DNA from: an uncultured Lentisphaeraceae bacterium
Lineage (GTDB): Bacteria; Verrucomicrobiota; Kiritimatiellia; RFP12; UBA1067
Direction: 5' to 3'
Length of the DNA stretch: 64,000 nucleotides
Assembly: GCA_964440985.1 (NCBI GenBank)
Contig: CAYTWE010000006.1
Span: 521 to 64,520, forward strand
Both the position numbers and the translations under genes were made by a program. Below, piece after piece: positions 16,092 through 29,380 of the stretch. Under the pieces are notes generated by a model. That model made no database searches. It was given only the letters and a program-made list of their open reading frames with translations, and was not told the origin of the DNA. Positions within the stretch are counted from its first letter, which is position 1; each line of letters begins with the position of its first letter.

Positions 16092-19000
16092 ATGAAAAAT
16101 AGGATTGGATGCGTGGCGCTGTCGGCGGCAATGGCAGCGTCGGTCTCGCTTGCGGCGGAGATGCCGCCTCCGGAGTTCAGGGTTCCGAAGATGTCGAAGG
16201 CGCCGGTCATCGACGGCGTCGTGGACGAGACGGAATGGGCGGAGACCGTCGGATCGTTCGGCTTCTGCACGTACCCGACGGATACGATGTTCCAGATGAA
16301 GTCGAGGTTCTGGATTGGACGCACGGCGGACAGGCTTTATGTCGCGAGCGTCTGCGCAATCGGCCCGAACGGCCTGCTGAAGGAGACGCCCCGCCGCAAC
16401 AGGAGCCAGAAGTGCCTTTTGGACGACACGTTCGAGCTTGTCTTCGTTCCCGACGTTACGGCGTCTGCGCCGGATGTGCGCCATGCGATGGTCAACTTCA
16501 ACGGCGCCTATTTCGTCGAGGCCCAGGTCAACGGCGCGATGGCGGCATGGAATCCGCGCACCATGGAAACCCGCTCGACCGAACGCGACGGGTTCTGGCA
16601 TTTCGAGCTGTCCATCTCTCTCGACGAGATCGGATTCCTCAATGCGCCCGCCGATGCCCATGCGCTGCGCCTTTGCCGCAACTGGAAGGGGGCGTATTCC
16701 ACTTGGGGCGTTGTGTCGTCCGTGCGGCCCAACGACGGCGGGTTCTTCTCTTCGTACAAGACCATTCCCCTTGTGTTTGACGATGAGGCGCCGGCCGTCC
16801 AGTTCGTCGATGTCGAGTCCGACGACGATGTGCACTGGACGACGGAACTGCGCATGGCGAACACGTCCGGCCGCGACCGGTCGTTCAAGGTGCGCGTCGA
16901 GGGCCGCCCCGTGAACTCGCAGCCCGGCATGACGGTGGCGGACGTGACCCTGAAGGCGGGCGAACGGCGCACGTTCAAGGCGTCAGGGCCGATACTCAAC
17001 GACGAAAAGGTCGACCTTGCGGCGGAGGTGCTGCCGGCGGACGGGACGCGCCCGTATTTCTTCCGGCGCACAGTATGGCGTCCAAACGCGCCTAAGCCGG
17101 AGTGGGTGGGGAGCGGTGCTTCCGCCTCGGCGATGAAGTTTGATTTTGCGTATTTCCCGTCACATTCCAAGATGCGGGTGCGGGCGGATCTCTCGGCAGT
17201 GGCGAAGCGTCCGGCGGACGTGTCGGTGACGATCCGGGACGCGAAGGACGCCGTGCTCGCCGCCCGCCGGCTCGCGCTCGCGAAGGACGGCGTTGCGGAC
17301 GAGATCTGGGCCATTCCCGATCTCAAGGAGGCGACGTTGCGTAGCGGCGATGGCGGCTACACCATCACGGCAGAAGCGGCGGGCGTGGAGAACGGCACGG
17401 TGAAGAAGGCGTTCCGGCGCGACGTGTTCGAGTGGGAGGGCTTTGCGGGCGGGACGTCCGCGACGGTTCCGGCTCCGTTCACGCCCGTGGAGCGGAAGGA
17501 TGGGCATGTGCGTGTTGTCCTGCGCGACCATGAGGTCGACGAACTGGGGCTTTGGCGGCAGGTGACGGCCGCGGGCAAGCCGATTCTGGCGCGTCCTATG
17601 CGGCTTGTCGGCGACGGGAAGGTGTCTGCCGTTTCCGAATGGGACATCGACGGTATGATGAAATGGAATCTGACGCTCGGCGCAGGGCGGCACACGTCGC
17701 TCCGGCTTGAGATTCCGATCCGCGCCGAGCGCGCGACGCTCATGCACGCCTGCGCCGACGGAATGCGCTACAACTACGCTGGCGAGGTGCCGAAGGGTCG
17801 CGGGCGCGTCTGGCGCTCCTCGCAGGCGCCGCACACGTCGATCGTCGGGAACTACCTGCCGTATGTGTGGATCGGCGGCCCGCTGCGCGGCATCGCCGTC
17901 TATGGCGAGAACGACAGGGGCTGGGAGATCGCCCCGGACGCGGAATGCTACGAGATCGTGCGCGAGGACGACGGGACGGTCACGCTCGTCGCGAACATCG
18001 TGCAGAAGCCGGTCGAACTCGCCGCGCCGCGTACCGTCACCCTGGCGTTCCAGGCGACGCCGATCAAGCCGATGGAGCGCAACTGGCGCGGTTCGGACAT
18101 CGGCGACCTCGTCGGTGCCTGCTACTACTGGGGCGGGCTGACCGCGTATGACGAGGTGCAGCCGTTCAACGGGACGGACGAGTTCTGGCGCAAGATGGGA
18201 GAGGCGCGGAAGACAGGGAAGGCCGACAAGGCGTACGTGGAGCGGATGATCGCCGACTACATGGCGCTGATCCCGACGAACAACGCGGCGCAGCGCGAGG
18301 CGCGTCGGCGCACGATCGTCGCGCACTTCAATTCGGGCATGAACGTGTCGGCGGGCACGTTCGCCACCGGGAAGAAGCTTGTGTTCTACACAAACGGACG
18401 CGGTGTGCGCCTCGGCTCGCCGGCCGGGACGACGTTCTGCGACGAATGGACGGTGGAGCCGTTCTGGAAGCGTCCGTTCGCGTTTGACACGACGCGCAGC
18501 TACAGCCTCGACCCGAACAGGGCGTATCTCGACTACGCCGCGTACTGGTGGGAGCGGATGATCGCCTCCGGCGCCTGCGACTATCTCTATTGGGACGATG
18601 TGTTCTGCCAGTCGAACTTCGACCTCGTGGGAACGGACGCCTATCGTCTGCCGGACGGCGACATACAGCCCGCGAGCGGCATCTTCAGGATGCGCGAGCA
18701 GATCCGGAGATGCGCCGTGCTGCAGGCGGAGCACGGCTGGCCGTGCCGGAAGAACTGGGTGCACATGACGAACACCGCATTGGCTCCGGTGCTGGCGTTT
18801 GCGGGCATGAACTACGATTGGGAGGATGTTGCGGGCGACACGGCGCTTCAGGAGAGGTATTCGCGAGCCGGCATCTTGGCCGCGTCGATCGGGCGTCAGT
18901 TCGGAAACCAGGTCGCGGTGATGGGGTATTTCTCGACGAAGGATACGGCGAGCGAAAAGCTCAAGTGGCTTCACCGCACCGGCGTCGGCGCGTGCCTGAC

Positions 19001-19370
19001 TCATGAGGTTCAGTGGCGTCGGGTCGCGGAGTGGCGGACGGCGAACAAGCTGCTCGGCGACTGGGGCTACCGGGCGGACGGAACGACGGTCTGGAACTAC
19101 TGGGATGAGGACGTGCCGTTCCCTGTCGCCGTCTCCGGCGGCGAAAACGCCGCGTTGGCGATGGCGCGGAACGGCGAGGCCGTAGTGGTCGTCTCCGACT
19201 GGGGCAAAGGCGGCGACTATCGGCTGAAGCCGGACGCCGCGGCGCTCGGCCTCCCTGCGGGATTCAGGGCGTTTGACATGGAGACCGGCAAGGAGCTGGC
19301 GGTGAATGACGGTGCGGTGTCCGTTGCGCTGAAGCGGCTCGACTACGTGATCGTAAGGTTCGCGAAATGA
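16092..19370 (+). CDS. Giant secreted protein, paralog A (about 1090 aa): CBM9-like N-terminal domain plus a large uncharacterised C-terminal domain (glycoside-hydrolase-like).
   Basis: Signal peptide 'MKNRIGCVALSAAMAASVSLAA'. 'PVIDGVVDETEWAETVG' is a CBM9-like signature. The C-terminal 600 aa are collinear with paralog B ('LPYVW.GGPLRGIAV.GENDRGW', 'CDYLYWDDVFCQS', 'NWVHMTNTA'). Confidence 0.7.
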   Translation: MKNRIGCVALSAAMAASVSLAAEMPPPEFRVPKMSKAPVIDGVVDETEWAETVGSFGFCTYPTDTMFQMKSRFWIGRTADRLYVASVCAIGPNGLLKETPRRNRSQKCLLDDTFELVFVPDVTASAPDVRHAMVNFNGAYFVEAQVNGAMAAWNPRTMETRSTERDGFWHFELSISLDEIGFLNAPADAHALRLCRNWKGAYSTWGVVSSVRPNDGGFFSSYKTIPLVFDDEAPAVQFVDVESDDDVHWTTELRMANTSGRDRSFKVRVEGRPVNSQPGMTVADVTLKAGERRTFKASGPILNDEKVDLAAEVLPADGTRPYFFRRTVWRPNAPKPEWVGSGASASAMKFDFAYFPSHSKMRVRADLSAVAKRPADVSVTIRDAKDAVLAARRLALAKDGVADEIWAIPDLKEATLRSGDGGYTITAEAAGVENGTVKKAFRRDVFEWEGFAGGTSATVPAPFTPVERKDGHVRVVLRDHEVDELGLWRQVTAAGKPILARPMRLVGDGKVSAVSEWDIDGMMKWNLTLGAGRHTSLRLEIPIRAERATLMHACADGMRYNYAGEVPKGRGRVWRSSQAPHTSIVGNYLPYVWIGGPLRGIAVYGENDRGWEIAPDAECYEIVREDDGTVTLVANIVQKPVELAAPRTVTLAFQATPIKPMERNWRGSDIGDLVGACYYWGGLTAYDEVQPFNGTDEFWRKMGEARKTGKADKAYVERMIADYMALIPTNNAAQREARRRTIVAHFNSGMNVSAGTFATGKKLVFYTNGRGVRLGSPAGTTFCDEWTVEPFWKRPFAFDTTRSYSLDPNRAYLDYAAYWWERMIASGACDYLYWDDVFCQSNFDLVGTDAYRLPDGDIQPASGIFRMREQIRRCAVLQAEHGWPCRKNWVHMTNTALAPVLAFAGMNYDWEDVAGDTALQERYSRAGILAASIGRQFGNQVAVMGYFSTKDTASEKLKWLHRTGVGACLTHEVQWRRVAEWRTANKLLGDWGYRADGTTVWNYWDEDVPFPVAVSGGENAALAMARNGEAVVVVSDWGKGGDYRLKPDAAALGLPAGFRAFDMETGKELAVNDGAVSVALKRLDYVIVRFAK

Positions 19371-22300
19371 GGATGTCTGCCATGAAAAGACTGGCATTGG
19401 CCGCTGTCGCGTCCGTTTCGGCCCTGTGCACATCCGGTGCGACGAGCAGCCCCGTGTGCGCGATCTATCCGAACCACATAACCTTCCACCTCAATTTCGA
19501 CGACGGCTCGGCTGAGCCGTCGATCGGCGACGTCAAGGCCGGCGGGCAGAAGCCCGTAATCGGCGACGGCGGGATGTTCGGAAGCAAGGGACTGCACGCC
19601 GGCACGGTTCGATATCCGATGCCGAAGGGACAGCGAATCTTCGACACGACAAAGCCGGGTACGCTCGTGTTCTGGCTAAAGGTGTCGGAGACGCCGCACC
19701 CAGTCCTGTCCGATGCTCTGGATTCAGCCGGGAAACCCGTCGAGATTGAGCCTGGCGAAACATATTTCCACGGCGAGTGGTCTCAGGCGAAGCGGATGCT
19801 CGTGTTCAAGCAAGGTGCGCTGAAGTGGGGCGAGGCGCCTATCGCGACATACTACCATGCGCCGACGCAGGATGGAAAGAACAGGTCTGCCAACGTCGGG
19901 CTGCCGTGTTCCCTCAAAGGCTGGAATCCAGGCGAGTGGCGAATGGTCGCGGCGAAGTGGCGGCAGGACGCGATTTCCATCTCAATCAACGGTTCGCCGT
20001 TCAAGACCATGGATTCGGGCGGCGTGATGGGGCCGTTCTTCGGATCGATCGGCTTCGGGCTGTCGCCGATGAAGGGCGAGAAGACCAGCAATTACGTCAT
20101 GGACGAATGCACCATCCTGGATTTCGGGATGTCTGACGAGCAGGTCGCGACGCTGCACCGCGACTACCGCGACGTGATGGCGGGAAAGCCTCTCCGCACG
20201 AAGTACGATCCCGAGTTCGAGGAGCCGGAGTGGATGAAGTCTCCCTCGCGCACAGTGTTCCGCTTTGCCTACTATCCGTACGAAAACACGGTTCACGCCT
20301 ATGCGGACATCTCCGCCTGCGACGGCTTCGGCAAGGTGCGCACACTTGCGCTTTCCGTCGAGGAGAAGGGCGGGCGCGTCGTCGCGAAGCGGCAGTTCGC
20401 GGTTGGACGGGACGGCAAGGCCGACATCATTTGGAGCGGGCTTCCTGAACTTGACGGAGAATACGTGTGCCGGCTTGAATGCGCCGGGCTTCCGGAGGCG
20501 AAGGCGTCGCAGGGATTCGTCCGCCGCCGGTTCGAGTGGGAGCGCAACAGGCTCGGCCGCTCCGGCGCCGTGCCGGCGCCGTTCACGCCCGTCGTCCGCA
20601 GCGGCAAGTGGATCGGAAAGAAGCGCGTAAGTGTGCTCCTTCGCGACCATACGATTGGCCGCCACGGACTGTGGGAGCAGGTGGAGGCGGCCGGCAAGCC
20701 GCTGTTGGCGCGGCCGATGCAGATCGTCTCCGACCGGAAGCTGCCGAAGGTGTCGGCGGAGAGCGAGTGGGATGTTGACGGCATGATGACGTGGCGGCTC
20801 AAACTGCCGCCGGGCAACTACGGAAAGGTTCGTCTTGAAATACCGATGCGCAGGGAGCGGGCCTGGCTTTTCCATCCTGTCGCCGACGGATTGCGGAGCA
20901 ATTTCGCGGGCGCGATTCCGCAGGGGAGCGGCGTGGTGTGGGATTCCGCCAAGTACCCGCGCAACACGATTGTCGGAACGTATCTTCCGTACGTGTGGCT
21001 CGGCGGGCCGCTGCGGGGCATTGCCGTGTTCGGCGAGAACGACAGGGGATGGATCGTGGACGGCAAGACGCCCTGCTACGAGATCGTGCGCAGGGGAGAC
21101 GAGGTGTGCCTCGTGCTCAACATCGTCCAGACGCCGACGCGCATCGATGCGGCGCGAACGGTCAAGATCGGCTTTCAGGCGACGCCGGTCAAGCCGATGC
21201 GCGAGAACTGGAGGGCGATCGACCATGGGTTGCTGCTCGGCGCCTGCTATTACTGGGGCGGGTTCTGGGACAGCCACAGCGTGGAGCCGTATGACCAGAC
21301 GGACGAGTTCTTCCGCGTGATGGGCGAATCGCGCCGCACGGGCAAGTTCAACAAGGAGTTCCTTGAGCGCAGTGTGCGAGACTATCCGTATCCGTTCGAG
21401 AAGGGTACGAAGGAGTACGAGGATCATGTAAGGCGCATCCGTGCGCATTTCAACAACGGGCTTGCGAATTCGGCAAGCAGAGGGTTCAAGGATGCGTTCG
21501 TGTTCTACACCAACGGGCGGGGAGTGTTCTACGGCGACGCGAAGGGGCAGGGCGCCACGTTCTGCAACGAATGGAGCAGATGGGAGTTCATGGACAGGGA
21601 TTTCACGCCGCTGTCGAGACGGGCGTACGACCTCGACCCCGTTGAAAGCTACCGCGACCACGCAGCCTGGTGGTACGAGCGGATGATGTCCACCGGCGCC
21701 TGCGACTACCTGTACTGGGACGACGTGTTCTGCCAGTCGAGCTTCAACGTTGTGCAGACGGATGCCTACCGTCTGCCGTCGGGGCAGATACAGCCGAGTT
21801 CGGGAATCTTCAACATGAGGAACATCGTAAAGCGTTGCGCCGTGCTTCAGGCGGAGATGGGGCGCGATACACGCGGCAACTGGGTGCACATGACGAACAC
21901 CGCGATGGCGCCGATACTGTCGTTCGCCGACGTGAACTACGACTGGGAGGACACGAGCGGCGTCCATCCGCACCAGGTGAAGTATCCGAAGGACTACATT
22001 CTGGCCTGCTCGATCGGGCGGCAGTTCGGCAACCGCGTAGGGATCATGGGCTATTTTGCGGAGCCGCAGGGCACGAATGAGGAGCGGGAGCGAAAGAAGG
22101 CGTGGCTTGAGCGCACTGCCACTGGCGTGATGCTCACCCACGAGTTCAGGTGGAGAGGGCACAGGCAGTACGATGCGGCGCACAAGCTGCTCTGCGACTG
22201 GGGCTATCGCAAGCCTGACGTGAAGGTCTGGAACTACTGGGACGAAGACGTGAAGTTCCCGGTTGACGTCTCCGGACCGGATGCCGCCACGATTGCGATG

Positions 22301-22507
22301 GCGCGCGGCGGCGAAGCCGTCATCGTGGTGTCTTCGTTCTCGAAGGAGGATGGCCACGTCTTGCTGCGTCCGGATTGCGGGGTGCTTGGCGTCGCGTCCG
22401 ATTTCAAGGCCGTAGACATGGAGACGGGGAAGGATATTCCTGTGAACGGTGGCGTCGTAGACGTGCCGCTCGGGAAATACGACTTCACGATGGTGAAGAT
22501 AAGGTGA
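19367..22507 (+). CDS. Giant secreted protein, paralog B (about 1040 aa), tandem duplicate of 16092..19370.
   Basis: ATGA overlap with paralog A. The likely start is ATG 19382 (RBS GAGGA), giving signal peptide 'MKRLALAAVASVSALCTSGA'. It shares long blocks with paralog A at about 60-80% identity. Confidence 0.7.
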   Translation: MRMSAMKRLALAAVASVSALCTSGATSSPVCAIYPNHITFHLNFDDGSAEPSIGDVKAGGQKPVIGDGGMFGSKGLHAGTVRYPMPKGQRIFDTTKPGTLVFWLKVSETPHPVLSDALDSAGKPVEIEPGETYFHGEWSQAKRMLVFKQGALKWGEAPIATYYHAPTQDGKNRSANVGLPCSLKGWNPGEWRMVAAKWRQDAISISINGSPFKTMDSGGVMGPFFGSIGFGLSPMKGEKTSNYVMDECTILDFGMSDEQVATLHRDYRDVMAGKPLRTKYDPEFEEPEWMKSPSRTVFRFAYYPYENTVHAYADISACDGFGKVRTLALSVEEKGGRVVAKRQFAVGRDGKADIIWSGLPELDGEYVCRLECAGLPEAKASQGFVRRRFEWERNRLGRSGAVPAPFTPVVRSGKWIGKKRVSVLLRDHTIGRHGLWEQVEAAGKPLLARPMQIVSDRKLPKVSAESEWDVDGMMTWRLKLPPGNYGKVRLEIPMRRERAWLFHPVADGLRSNFAGAIPQGSGVVWDSAKYPRNTIVGTYLPYVWLGGPLRGIAVFGENDRGWIVDGKTPCYEIVRRGDEVCLVLNIVQTPTRIDAARTVKIGFQATPVKPMRENWRAIDHGLLLGACYYWGGFWDSHSVEPYDQTDEFFRVMGESRRTGKFNKEFLERSVRDYPYPFEKGTKEYEDHVRRIRAHFNNGLANSASRGFKDAFVFYTNGRGVFYGDAKGQGATFCNEWSRWEFMDRDFTPLSRRAYDLDPVESYRDHAAWWYERMMSTGACDYLYWDDVFCQSSFNVVQTDAYRLPSGQIQPSSGIFNMRNIVKRCAVLQAEMGRDTRGNWVHMTNTAMAPILSFADVNYDWEDTSGVHPHQVKYPKDYILACSIGRQFGNRVGIMGYFAEPQGTNEERERKKAWLERTATGVMLTHEFRWRGHRQYDAAHKLLCDWGYRKPDVKVWNYWDEDVKFPVDVSGPDAATIAMARGGEAVIVVSSFSKEDGHVLLRPDCGVLGVASDFKAVDMETGKDIPVNGGVVDVPLGKYDFTMVKIR

Positions 22508-22738
22508 ACGGCGCAACAGCTTTACCCTTGCGCTGTTTTGCTCTTGCGCTGATATTCGCGTGACGAAGCGGTGAAGCGAATGCTGTCGGGGGTAGGGCGG
22601 TTGCCGCGTCCGCCAAAACATACCCTTGTAAGGTAATGTTTTGGACTTTGATGATGCATTTTCAAGGGTGCAGAGCCAAATGACGGCATACATTTATTGC
22701 TTTGCGCCACGCAATGAGAGGTCTCAGCCGCATCTGTG

Positions 22739-22745
22739 GTATAAT
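22739..22745 (+). promoter_or_regulatory. Extended -10 (TGGTATAAT) 9 nt upstream of the PHP-protein ATG; leaderless configuration.
   Basis: TGGTATAATCGGCGGCAT-ATG; the same motif and spacing occur at the DJ-1, purD and glf genes. Confidence 0.45.
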
Positions 22746-22754
22746 CGGCGGCAT

Positions 22755-23612
22755 ATGATCGACTTTCATGTACACAGCACGGCGAGCGACGGAACGGTTT
22801 CGCCGTCGGACATAGCCCTGCGCGGCGGGGACTTCTATGCGATGGCGCTCACGGATCACGACAACTGCGACGGCGTCGCCGAATTCATCGCGGCCGGCGA
22901 ATGCAACGGCGACCGCATCCGTCTTGCGGGAATAGAGTTGAGCGTTGAGCCTGGTGAAGGGTACGGCGAGTTCCATCTGCTCGGCATCGGCATTGATCCG
23001 TCCAATGCGAGCCTGAAACGTCTTCTCCGCAGCATACTTGACGGACGGAACGCGAGGAACGCAAAGATACTTGAGCGCTTTGAGGCGATCGGCATACACA
23101 TCCCCAAAGACGAGATAGCGACGTATGCCCACGGCGAGATACTGGCCCGTCCGCATTTTGCGCAGTGGTTAGTGGATCATGGACATTCCGGAAACGTAAA
23201 GGATGCATTTGCCTCGTACATGACGCCATCCTCTCCGCCGGAGACGAACTGCTACGTTTCGCGCTACCGTCCCGACCCCGGCGAGTCGTTCGACGCGATC
23301 CATGCCGCCGGCGGCATCGCGATCATGGCGCATCCGCGGTACTGGACCGGCGATCCCGCCATGTTGCGGTCTGGCCTTGAACGGCTCAAGGAGAGGGGGA
23401 TAGACGGAATCGAGGCGATCTATCAGGCGAACGAGCCCTGGGAGACGGTTGAACACGTCCGGACGGCAAGGGAGCTTGGCCTCTGCATTACGGCGGGCAG
23501 CGACTTCCATGGCGCGAACAAGCCGGCCGTCACTCTTGGCATGGAAGTGGACGACGAGAAGGCGTTTGTCTCGCCGCTGCTTGAGCGCATTGCCTTCTGG
23601 CGGAGCAGGTAG
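22755..23612 (+). CDS. PHP-domain (polymerase/histidinol phosphatase-like) phosphoesterase.
   Basis: 'MIDFHVHSTASDGTVSP...ALTDHD' is the PHP N-terminal metal-binding motif. The start is the internal ATG of ORF 22641. Confidence 0.8.
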   Translation: MIDFHVHSTASDGTVSPSDIALRGGDFYAMALTDHDNCDGVAEFIAAGECNGDRIRLAGIELSVEPGEGYGEFHLLGIGIDPSNASLKRLLRSILDGRNARNAKILERFEAIGIHIPKDEIATYAHGEILARPHFAQWLVDHGHSGNVKDAFASYMTPSSPPETNCYVSRYRPDPGESFDAIHAAGGIAIMAHPRYWTGDPAMLRSGLERLKERGIDGIEAIYQANEPWETVEHVRTARELGLCITAGSDFHGANKPAVTLGMEVDDEKAFVSPLLERIAFWRSR

Positions 23613-23616
23613 CCAC

Positions 23617-24522
23617 ATGGGAATCACATCAGCAGATGCATCTGCCGGACTTTGGCTTGCGCCGCTTCGCGGGGTTACGGTGCGGACTTTCCGCACAGTG
23701 TTCGGCCCGGCGATCAAGGAGGCGGGATTTACGGGAATGTATGCGCCTTTCATACCGGCCAATGCGGGGTTCAGGTTTTCGAAGAGGCTTTTTTCGGACG
23801 TTCTGCCGTACGGTGACGATGCGGGGCCGGAACTTGTGCCGCAGGTGATCGGCAAGGATCCGGCGGCGCTGCGTGACTGGTGCAAGGCGGTGAAGGATCT
23901 GGGATATCGACGGGCGGATCTCAATGCGGGATGTCCGTTCCCGATGATTCGCAAGAAGGGGCGCGGTTCGGGGCTTCTGCGCACTCCGGATGTGCTGGAC
24001 AGGATGCTTGAGGCCGGATGCGACGAGATGGGGCCAGGAGGATTCTCCCTGAAGACGCGGCTCGGCGTGGAGAGGCCGGACGAACTGCTGTCCATGATGC
24101 AGATTGTGAACCGATATCCGCTGGCAGTGCTGACGGTTCACGCCAGAACCGCACGGCAGATGTACGACGGCGGCGTGGACAGGGCGGCGTTTGAAGCGGT
24201 GAGGGAGTGCGCAGAAGTCCCGGTCATGTACAACGGCGATGCTGACGCCGGGGAGGTTTCCGACATTCCGCTGATGGTAGGAAGGAGGTTCATCGCCCGG
24301 CTTTCAGGTCGCGCGGACGCAGCAGAGCTTCTTTCACGCTACATCGAGCTTAGCCGGGAAGAGCTGTGCGGCGATGCCCAGGTGGTTGGACGCATGAAGG
24401 AACTCCTTTCGTACTGGTGCCGTGAAAGGGGATGGAGCAGGCTTTGGCCTTCCGTAAAGATAAGCCGCAGCATCCGCGAGCTTGAAATGACGATTTCCCC
24501 ATCCAAAGTTATGCTTGCCTAA
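23617..24522 (+). CDS. tRNA-dihydrouridine synthase (Dus family, TIM barrel).
   Basis: 'LAPLRGVT...FR', the 'DLNAGCP' catalytic Cys loop, and 'VHART' are present. The start is ATG 23617, immediately after the PHP stop. Confidence 0.85.
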   Translation: MGITSADASAGLWLAPLRGVTVRTFRTVFGPAIKEAGFTGMYAPFIPANAGFRFSKRLFSDVLPYGDDAGPELVPQVIGKDPAALRDWCKAVKDLGYRRADLNAGCPFPMIRKKGRGSGLLRTPDVLDRMLEAGCDEMGPGGFSLKTRLGVERPDELLSMMQIVNRYPLAVLTVHARTARQMYDGGVDRAAFEAVRECAEVPVMYNGDADAGEVSDIPLMVGRRFIARLSGRADAAELLSRYIELSREELCGDAQVVGRMKELLSYWCRERGWSRLWPSVKISRSIRELEMTISPSKVMLA

Positions 24523-24535
24523 CAGCGGGTGGTTA

Positions 24536-24586
24536 TGGGATAATCCATCCCGTTATTTGTCGATAGGCAATTTCTCACTATTAATG
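24536..24586 (+). promoter_or_regulatory. Promoter region for nifJ, with two candidates: TGGGATAAT at 24536-24544, or TTGTCG-16-TATTAA at 24558-24585.
   Basis: Both sit in the 78-nt leader ahead of RBS AAAAGG and ATG 24601. Confidence 0.3.
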
Positions 24587-24600
24587 GGAGTAAAAAGGTA

Positions 24601-28188
<3,588 letters not shown>

Positions 28189-28214
28189 TCGCAGGATGCA
28201 AAACTGACAAACGC

Positions 28215-28255
28215 TGGGCGCAGACTGAAAGGTCTGCGCCCAATGTTTTGCTTTA
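28215..28255. terminator. Bidirectional rho-independent terminator between the convergent nifJ and M24 peptidase genes.
   Basis: An 11-bp stem TGGGCGCAGAC/GTCTGCGCCCA with loop TGAAAG, followed by a T-run on the + strand and flanked by an A/T-rich segment on the other side. Confidence 0.75.
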
Positions 28256-28300
28256 AGCGGATGCAATGATCAGATAAAAGGCGAAGACGGCGCGCTCGGC

Positions 28301-29380
28301 TTACTTTGAGCTTGAAGACAGGACTTCGCAGCCGTCCTTGGTGACGAGCACAAGATCCTCGATCCGTACACCGAGTTCGCCTTCAATGTAGATGCCGGGT
28401 TCAATCGTGACGAGCATTCCCGGCTCAAGCACGGTTTTTGAGTTCTTGGAGGCGACAGGCTGTTCGTGGATCTCAAGTCCTACGCCGTGTCCGAGTGCGT
28501 GTCCGAACCGTCTGCCGTATCCGGCCTTGCCGATGATCCTCCTTGCCACGGCATCAAGTTCGCGTCCTGTCATCCCAGGGCGGACGGCGCGTATCGCCGC
28601 TTCGTTCGCCTTGAGGACCGTATCGTATACGTCTTGATATTTTTCGAACAGATGCCATCCCGCCTTTGGCTTGATGCAGCGCGTCATGTCCGAGCAGTAG
28701 CCGTCAAGCCTTACTCCCATGTCGACGAGCAGCGGTTCATCGCCGTTCCATACGGTGCCGTCCGGAACATGGTGGCATTCCGCTGCGTTTCTGCCGACGC
28801 ACACTATCGTCTCGAACGCTTCGCCGTCTCCGAGCGCATTCATCCATGCGCGGATTGTTCGCTGCATGTCCTTCTCGGTCATGCCCGGCTTGAATTCCCG
28901 GCGTGATTCCTGCCATATCCGGTCGTTCAAAGCCTCTGCGGCGGCGATCTTCGCAATCTCCGCAGGCGTCTTCACGGCACGGAGCAGCAGCAGGTCGCTG
29001 TTGACGTCGGTGAATTTCGCTTTCTTGAACTGCTTCTGCAGCGAGATCAATCGTGATGCCGGAATCGTGCCCTCGTACCCTATCTTTGGTCTTTCACATC
29101 TCGGAAGGGCGACAGCCTTTGGACTGTACCGTGCGCTGTCCTTCACCTTTAGCCATGGCGCTTCGCGTCTTGCCGCCGGAACGTACCGGAAGTCTGTCCA
29201 GAATTCTGGGGCGACGCCATCGGAACGGACTACAAGGCATCCGTTGTCGCATCCGAATCCTGCAAGTGCCTTCAGGTTCGCCTCGCCGTGCACAAGGGCG
29301 ACGGCAATGCCGCGGCGGCGCAGCTTCGCGGTGAATGTCGATATGCGGTCCTTGAACGGGTTTTCGATCTTCTGTTTCAT
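28301..29380 (-). CDS. M24-family metallopeptidase (Xaa-Pro aminopeptidase/prolidase-like).
   Basis: The C-terminal 'FGHALGHGVGLEIHE' metal-binding block and a creatinase-like N-terminal domain. Confidence 0.85.
   Translation of the reverse strand: MKQKIENPFKDRISTFTAKLRRRGIAVALVHGEANLKALAGFGCDNGCLVVRSDGVAPEFWTDFRYVPAARREAPWLKVKDSARYSPKAVALPRCERPKIGYEGTIPASRLISLQKQFKKAKFTDVNSDLLLLRAVKTPAEIAKIAAAEALNDRIWQESRREFKPGMTEKDMQRTIRAWMNALGDGEAFETIVCVGRNAAECHHVPDGTVWNGDEPLLVDMGVRLDGYCSDMTRCIKPKAGWHLFEKYQDVYDTVLKANEAAIRAVRPGMTGRELDAVARRIIGKAGYGRRFGHALGHGVGLEIHEQPVASKNSKTVLEPGMLVTIEPGIYIEGELGVRIEDLVLVTKDGCEVLSSSSK

Noticed and set aside
17160-22693. Long minus-strand ORFs (757 aa at 17160..19433; 903 aa at 19982..22693) antisense to the giant paralogs.
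   Set aside because: Both are antisense to plus-strand genes that carry signal peptides and are conserved between the two paralogs. The minus frames are Arg-rich with no motifs.
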